A program made the position numbers and the translations under genes. A stretch of 64,000 bases of DNA from positions 132,891 to 196,890 of the forward strand of contig CAAGPV010000012.1 of the NCBI GenBank assembly GCA_900771975.1, written 5' to 3'. This document shows positions 58,716 through 64,000 of the stretch, in pieces. Origin of the DNA: an uncultured Prevotella sp. (GTDB lineage: Bacteria; Bacteroidota; Bacteroidia; Bacteroidales; Bacteroidaceae). Below the pieces are notes generated by a model. That model worked only from the letters and a program-made list of their open reading frames with translations, did no database searches and was not told the DNA's origin. Each line of letters opens with the position of its first letter. The first letter of the stretch is position 1.

Positions 58716-60833
58716 ATGAAAAAAACTCTTTTACTTGCAGCCGGCTTGTTTGCTTTGACTTCAGCAAATGCCGATGAAGGTATGTGGACGCTTTACAATC
58801 TACCTGATCCTGTCTATGAACAGATGGTGGCAGAAGGCTTCCAGTTGCCTTGCGATGAACTTTATTCAAGTGATAACTCCTTGAAGAACTGCGTCGTCAA
58901 CTTTAGTGGCTATTGCTCTGGGGTGGTAGTGTCTCCAGACGGCCTTGTGTTTACCAACCACCATTGCGGTTTTTCGGCCATCAACTCCCATTCTACGGTT
59001 GATCATGACTACATGCTAAACGGCTTTTATGCTAAGAGCTACGAAGAGGAGTTGCCCAACGAAAACATGTTTGTGTCGTTCATGAAAGAACAACGTGACA
59101 TCACCAAGCGTGTTGCTCCTTTGCTTGAGGGAAAAAGCGTGTTGGAACAGGCGGACATTTTAGACTCACTGACCAATCATCTGACCGACTCTATCAAGCA
59201 GATAGACAGCACGCTGCATATTGACGTAGATCCTTTCTATGAGGGAAACAAGTATTATGCCACCACCTATCAGGACTTCCGTGACTTGCGACTGGTCTTC
59301 ACTGTGCCTAAGTCGATGGGAAAATTCGGAGGAGAAACCGATAACTGGATGTGGCCCCGCCAAACCTGTGACTTCTCGGTGTTCCGCATTTATGCCGACC
59401 CTAAGACCAACGGACCTGCCGACTATTCGAAAGACAACGTGCCGTATCATCCGAAGAGCTGGGCACAGGTTTCGCTGCAAGGTTACAAGGACGGCGATTT
59501 CTCGATGACAGTGGGCTATCCCGGCTCCACCAGCCGTTATCTCTCGTCTTATGGCATTACCGAGATGCGCAATGCGGAGAATGCTCCTCGTGTGCTTGTT
59601 CGTGGCGTAAAGCAAGCTATTATGGAGCGTTACATGAATGCAGACGAGAAAACCCGCATCAATTACGAAGACGCTTATGTAGGCTCGGCCAACTATTGGA
59701 AGAATGCAATGGGTATGAACAAATGTATCGATTCTATCGGCATTGTTGAGCAGAAAGAAGCCTATGAAAAAAAGATTGCCGCATGGCAAGATACCACTAC
59801 GTGTGGAATTGAGAAGGTGGACTTTGCCCGCTTGAAGGACTTGTACGCCCGTCGTTTTGACTCTTATCGCACGCTCAACTATTGGAATGAATGTTTCCGT
59901 CGCAATACACAGATGTTTACGCGTGCCATTTCGGTTGCTCAGGGGTCGGCTGTGGTCAATCCAGATGCACCTGAAGAGGAACAATACATCGCTTTTGAAG
60001 ACAACGCTGACACTTGGAACTACGATCTTGACAAGGAACAAACTGCTGCCATGCTGAAGACTTTTGCCCAACAGGTGCCTATAGCTATGGAAGGAGATGT
60101 TTTCAAAACTATCCAAAAGAAGTTTAAGGGCGACTATAACAAGTATGTAGATTGGCTCTACAAGAAGTCAAAACTCATGCAGCCAGGCGTGAAATTATCA
60201 GTAGGCAATGGAAAAAAATTGATAAAAGACCCCGGAGTGGCTCTTGGCGTGGACCTTTTCTCTGTCTATTTGGCTGCTGTGTTTGACTATTTGCCTCTTA
60301 CAGATAGCATCCAAGCAGAGGAAAAAGCCCTTTGTGCAGCCAAGCTACGTATGGAGGAAGACTTGCCACACTATTCGGATGCCAACTTCACCATGCGCTT
60401 GAGTTATGGCCAAGTGGGCGGCTATCTGCTTGGAGGCGTCAATTCGGGCTACTACACACCGGCGTCTTCCATTCTTGCCAAGATGGACAAAGGGGATAAG
60501 AATGCTGATTATGCAGTACAACCGGAGATGCGTGAGTTGCTCTCACGTTCCGACTTCGGCCGTTATGCTGACAAGACCAACAAGACCTTACAACTTTGTT
60601 TCCTGACCAACAATGACATCACTGGTGGTAATAGCGGCTCTCCTATGTTTGACGGTAAGGGTCGTCTCATTGGCTTGGCCTTTGACGGCAACTGGGATAG
60701 CTTGTCAAGCGACATCAACTTTGATGCGCGTTTGGCACGTTGCATTGGCGTGGACATACGTTATGTGCTCTATATGATGGACCAATGGGGTCATGCTGAC
60801 CGTCTGCTGAAAGAGATTAATCCAGTGGAATAA
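58716..60833 (+). CDS. S46-family dipeptidyl-peptidase (DPP7/DPP11 family; Gly at the specificity position suggests DPP7-like)
   Basis: Signal peptide MKKTLLLAAGLFALTSANA followed by the hallmark DEGMW; catalytic His in TNHHCG; catalytic Ser in GGNSGSPMF. The track ORF from 58323 is an out-of-frame artefact overlapping the flippase; the true ATG is at 58716. Confidence 0.85.
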   Translation: MKKTLLLAAGLFALTSANADEGMWTLYNLPDPVYEQMVAEGFQLPCDELYSSDNSLKNCVVNFSGYCSGVVVSPDGLVFTNHHCGFSAINSHSTVDHDYMLNGFYAKSYEEELPNENMFVSFMKEQRDITKRVAPLLEGKSVLEQADILDSLTNHLTDSIKQIDSTLHIDVDPFYEGNKYYATTYQDFRDLRLVFTVPKSMGKFGGETDNWMWPRQTCDFSVFRIYADPKTNGPADYSKDNVPYHPKSWAQVSLQGYKDGDFSMTVGYPGSTSRYLSSYGITEMRNAENAPRVLVRGVKQAIMERYMNADEKTRINYEDAYVGSANYWKNAMGMNKCIDSIGIVEQKEAYEKKIAAWQDTTTCGIEKVDFARLKDLYARRFDSYRTLNYWNECFRRNTQMFTRAISVAQGSAVVNPDAPEEEQYIAFEDNADTWNYDLDKEQTAAMLKTFAQQVPIAMEGDVFKTIQKKFKGDYNKYVDWLYKKSKLMQPGVKLSVGNGKKLIKDPGVALGVDLFSVYLAAVFDYLPLTDSIQAEEKALCAAKLRMEEDLPHYSDANFTMRLSYGQVGGYLLGGVNSGYYTPASSILAKMDKGDKNADYAVQPEMRELLSRSDFGRYADKTNKTLQLCFLTNNDITGGNSGSPMFDGKGRLIGLAFDGNWDSLSSDINFDARLARCIGVDIRYVLYMMDQWGHADRLLKEINPVE

Positions 60834-60887
60834 GTAAAAATATTTCGCAATGTGTAAGTGGTTTGTTTTCAACTACTTACATTTTGC

Positions 60888-60960
60888 GGTGTAAAACCGG
60901 CCTTTTTAGGCGCTAAAACCCTACGTTTTACGAGCTAAAACGTAGGGTTTTACGTTGTAA
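60888..60960. repeat. MITE-like palindromic repeat, copy D, between the convergent DPP and histidine-kinase genes
   Basis: gtaaaaccggcctttttagg, then ccctacgtttta-cgagc-taaaacgtaggg (perfect 12-nt inverted arms), ending ttttacg. Confidence 0.65.
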
Positions 60961-60981
60961 TATACAAGGTATTGGAAAACG

Positions 60982-63459
60982 TCAGATTTCCTGAAGCAAT
61001 TTAACAAGGCTTTTCTCTACTTTTTGACAGCAGGATTTTACTTGTTGGTCAGTAAGTCTTTCAATGTGTTCAGGAGACAAAAGCACGAGTTCTTCATGAC
61101 AGTCCGTGTCTGTCATTGTCAAAACAGGTAATAGCTTGTGGGCTATATGGGCGATGAGCGTGCGGTCGGGCGTGGTTGCGCAGGCACGTCGCAGATGGGC
61201 AAGGTGGGTTGTGAGTTCTGTGTGTATGTTGTTTAGAATTTCCCGTTCGGCTTCTTTGTCACCTTCTGCAAATGCCAGTAGCGACGCAAATTGTGTGTGT
61301 TGGCAAGACGGCTCGTCGTGGGAGGATTGCGGCGGGCACAGAAGGCCACAGTTGACTGTAAACAACTTGTAAAGCGATTCCTTGGAGAAGGGCTTGTAGA
61401 GCACGGCTTCAAAGCCTGCTTTCAGCAAATCGGGCTCTATGCTGCGGTCGTGGGCAGTCATGGCAATGGTGTGGATGCCGTTATGGGGAATGGCGTGTAG
61501 CAAGTCTATGCCGTTTGTTTCAGGCATCTCTATGTCCATGATGAGGTAGTCGGGGGTGGTGGTGTGCAAGAAATGTTGCAGCTGGCTGACGTGTTGGCAA
61601 GTGGTGACGTGGAATAGAGGTTGTGCTGAACGGCGGAGAAGTTCAGCGAGCAGTTGCAGTTGTAGCGGGTCGTCGTCGATGATGGCAACAGACAACTCAG
61701 TACGGAAACGTTCTCTTGTTGCTTCTTCCGTTGTTTCCACAGCCGTGACAGTTTCAGCCGGTGAAGTTGTTAAGGCGGAAGCGTCAGTACACAACTCTAC
61801 AGGGATGGCCACTTCAAACGTGCTGCCTTTTCCTTTTGTAGAGTGAACAACGACGGTTCCTTTCAGTAGACCGACAAGTTCGCGTGTGATGCTTAAACCT
61901 AATCCGACGCCTTCTGTACCTTGTGCGTTGGCCAGCCTGGTGAAAGCTCCAAACACACGTTGGCACTCGCTTGGCGACATGCCTTCCCCCGTGTCGCTCA
62001 CGCTGATGTACAGCCGCTGATGTTGCAAAGAGGCGGTTACGGCGACTTGCCCTTTCGAGGTGTACTTGATGGCATTGCTGACCAGGTTGTCCAGTACCTG
62101 ACGCAACCGGAAGGCATCGGCGCGGCACATGACTTTGCCGACCCCTTCTGTATGGCTTTCTATTTGTAGTCCCTTGGCTACGGCTTGAGGGCGCATGGAG
62201 GTGACACAGGTATCAATCAACGAACCCGGGGAGAAACTAACGGGGCGTAGTTCTATCTTTTTTTCTTCCAACTGGTGATAGTCGAGAAGGGCACTTACCA
62301 ATTGCAGAAGATGTTTGGCCGACTGACCAATGTTGTTCAGGTAGGAAAGTCCCTTCTCTGTATCCACTTGTCCCTTGAGTAAATCTATAAATCCCGAGAT
62401 GGAAGCGGCTGGGGCTTTGATGTCGTGGGTGATGGTGAGCAAGAGACGTTCGCGTTGTTGCATGATGCGACTGGTTTCGGCTTGGGCTTGTTCGAGTGAT
62501 TCGCGGTAACGACGTTCCCGCCGATTGTCCTCCCAGGCGTAAAGCAGGAAGACGAGTGCGATGATAGTGGCCACCACCCCTAACAGGACCACCTTGTAAA
62601 GGATGCTGCTTCGTGCCTGCATGTCGTGTTGCAGTGCTGCGTTCAGCGACAGACGTTCTCCTTGCCGTATGTCATCGAGCAACTGGTCGGTGCGTTGGGC
62701 AATCTTTATAACAACGAGTTGTAGTTGCTGCAAGCGTTGAGACAACCTGTTTTCCCTGTTTTTGTTGGCTTGTTGGTTGGCATGGTTTATCTGCTGAAGA
62801 ACATGTGCTACGGTATCACCCACATTGAAAGCCTGTTTTACGGTGTCTATGTCGGTTTTCGGGTGAGTTACGGTGATGTTTACCGTGTCGGTGTGCTCTT
62901 TGTGGAAAGCATCGGCAAGGCGATGAAAGAACCCCCGTCGGGTCTTTACTACTTCTACGGTGCGCTCTTTGGCTTCGTGCGTTTGGGTGGTCTGCTGATG
63001 TACCACCACCGAGTCTTGTCCGCTCTGCAGCCGTTTCACTTTCTGGCGTAAGGCGGTGTCGTGGTGCTCGTCTGCCAAGACCTTCATAACAGCAATGAGG
63101 TTTTTGCGCCGTTGCCCGAGCAAGTCGATGAGTGTGTCCATGCGTGCCCGTTGAAGCGAATCGGTTTCGAGGTCTTGTAGTTGGCGGGTAAGGTTTTGGG
63201 CGTTGTTCAGTGATTTGTTGAAAGCGGTCCAGTTGTCTGTTACTCCGATGTTGACCGAACGTTCGCTGTTGTTGGTCTCCATAAGGCTATGCACCAAGCT
63301 GTCGGCAACACACCGTTTTTGTACATATTCGCGCGAGGCTTGTTGTACGGCAAGAAGCGAATGGGTGTTGGTGTACACAAGCCATGTGGCAAGCGCAAGG
63401 ACCACTATCACCAATCCATAGCCAATGGCAACTTTTACGGGAATGCTGGTTTTTATCAT
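60982..63459 (-). CDS. Hybrid sensor histidine kinase / response regulator with C-terminal HPt domain
   Basis: Two TM helices bracket a ~260-aa Q-rich extracytoplasmic region. HisKA ITHDIKAPAASISGFIDLL, HATPase_c DNLVSNAIKYT...SDTGEGM...GLGLSI, receiver IIDDDPLQLQLL...MDIEMP, and HPt IAHIAHKLLPVL. Confidence 0.85.
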   Translation of the reverse strand: MIKTSIPVKVAIGYGLVIVVLALATWLVYTNTHSLLAVQQASREYVQKRCVADSLVHSLMETNNSERSVNIGVTDNWTAFNKSLNNAQNLTRQLQDLETDSLQRARMDTLIDLLGQRRKNLIAVMKVLADEHHDTALRQKVKRLQSGQDSVVVHQQTTQTHEAKERTVEVVKTRRGFFHRLADAFHKEHTDTVNITVTHPKTDIDTVKQAFNVGDTVAHVLQQINHANQQANKNRENRLSQRLQQLQLVVIKIAQRTDQLLDDIRQGERLSLNAALQHDMQARSSILYKVVLLGVVATIIALVFLLYAWEDNRRERRYRESLEQAQAETSRIMQQRERLLLTITHDIKAPAASISGFIDLLKGQVDTEKGLSYLNNIGQSAKHLLQLVSALLDYHQLEEKKIELRPVSFSPGSLIDTCVTSMRPQAVAKGLQIESHTEGVGKVMCRADAFRLRQVLDNLVSNAIKYTSKGQVAVTASLQHQRLYISVSDTGEGMSPSECQRVFGAFTRLANAQGTEGVGLGLSITRELVGLLKGTVVVHSTKGKGSTFEVAIPVELCTDASALTTSPAETVTAVETTEEATRERFRTELSVAIIDDDPLQLQLLAELLRRSAQPLFHVTTCQHVSQLQHFLHTTTPDYLIMDIEMPETNGIDLLHAIPHNGIHTIAMTAHDRSIEPDLLKAGFEAVLYKPFSKESLYKLFTVNCGLLCPPQSSHDEPSCQHTQFASLLAFAEGDKEAEREILNNIHTELTTHLAHLRRACATTPDRTLIAHIAHKLLPVLTMTDTDCHEELVLLSPEHIERLTDQQVKSCCQKVEKSLVKLLQEI

Positions 63460-63506
63460 GTTGCAAAATTACAAATAATGATGAAAAAGTGTGAGGAAGA
63501 GAAGCA

Positions 63507-63543
63507 ACAAAAAAACTGCCAACCCCTTGAAAGGGGCTGGCAG
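63507..63543 (-). terminator. Intrinsic terminator (minus strand) downstream of the small secreted-protein gene
   Basis: ctgccaacccctt-gaa-aggggctggcag hairpin preceded on the + strand by caaaaaaa, which reads as a U-run on the minus strand. Confidence 0.7.
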
Positions 63544-63586
63544 AGGTGTTAATCCTGAAAATCAATAACTCTCAAATAAGGATACT

Positions 63587-63856
63587 TTAGCAATGGGTGG
63601 AGTCTACAGCCGTGTCGCCGAGGCATGCATAGGCTGCGGTTGAGTCGATGGTGGAATCGTTGAACATGGCAGTGCTGGAATCGGTTGGGGTTGATTTTAC
63701 TGCAGTGTCAGCAGGTGCAGTAGCCGTGTCGGTAGGAGCCACTGTGTCTACCGGTTCTGTCAGAGAGTTGACAACGTTGCTATTGTTGTGTGCGAACGAA
63801 CTGCTTACTGTGATCATTACCATCATTGCGATAACTGTGAATGCGAACTTTTTCAT
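63587..63856 (-). CDS. Small secreted low-complexity (T/D/S/A-rich) hypothetical protein
   Basis: MKKFAFTVIAMMVMITVSSSFA signal peptide, then a PVDTVAPTDTATAPADTAVKSTPTDSS low-complexity tail ending ...YACLGDTAVDSTHC. Its own terminator lies downstream. The start is refined to the internal Met. Confidence 0.5.
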   Translation of the reverse strand: MKKFAFTVIAMMVMITVSSSFAHNNSNVVNSLTEPVDTVAPTDTATAPADTAVKSTPTDSSTAMFNDSTIDSTAAYACLGDTAVDSTHC

Positions 63857-64000
63857 AATCTTTTGTCTTTTAAAGGGTGAATAATTCATTGTTGTTTACA
63901 TAAAACATAGTCGCAATAGGTGTGCCAAACTTTCTGTAAAATACGTAAAAGCTTGATAATGAGAATGTTGTAAAATGGTTGTAGAAAAAGTAGGGGTGTG

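Noticed and set aside
1-64000. A search for integrases, transposases, CRISPR-cas, restriction-modification, toxin-antitoxin, DGR or retron components.
   Set aside because: I found no ORF with the corresponding signatures: no tyrosine-recombinase RHRY box, DDE motifs, reverse-transcriptase YxDD, or HEPN/Rx4-6H. Apart from the T9SS cargo genes and the repeats, the window looks like core chromosome.

Overview
This 64-kb window looks like a core chromosomal segment of a Bacteroidales bacterium, most likely a Prevotella-like organism. I base that on Bacteroides-type -7 promoter boxes (TAnnTTTGCA) in front of many genes, four proteins carrying type-IX-secretion (T9SS) C-terminal sorting domains, a Bacteroides-type frdCAB fumarate reductase operon, and roughly 47% GC. 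I call 45 protein-coding genes; the rest of the six-frame track is antisense or out-of-frame noise, and I refined several starts where the track began at TTG/GTG or at an upstream in-frame Met. Most genes are housekeeping: leuS (partial), mutS, lgt, ychF, polA, ispB, deoC, dtd, uvrC, apt, mnmG, frdCAB, parE, ctp, ybeY, coaD, ruvB, a Zn/Cd P-type ATPase, dus, an M16 peptidase, lepB, dapB, dprA, deaD, and a hybrid histidine kinase. The accessory-looking content is four T9SS cargo proteins: a beta-helix (pectate-lyase-like) protein, a small T9SS cargo protein co-operonic with a 65-aa acidic ORF, a 1089-aa adhesin with 'choice-of-anchor J'/cleaved-adhesin domains, and a PL11-like rhamnogalacturonan lyase. 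I found no tRNA or rRNA genes, CRISPR arrays, integrases or transposases. The non-genic signals I rate most worth a second look are: (i) a MITE-like palindromic repeat family (CTAAAAC...GTTTTAG units, ~80-90 bp) present at four intergenic loci; (ii) two identical perfect 14-bp palindromes, GTTTCACGTGAAAC, that flank apt exactly; (iii) an orphan consensus promoter plus intrinsic terminator with no ORF between them, which is a candidate ~220-nt small RNA; (iv) an unusual 1.1-kb, strongly T-skewed non-coding gap between ispB and deoC. Everything here rests on reading the sequence and on family knowledge, with no database searches run.
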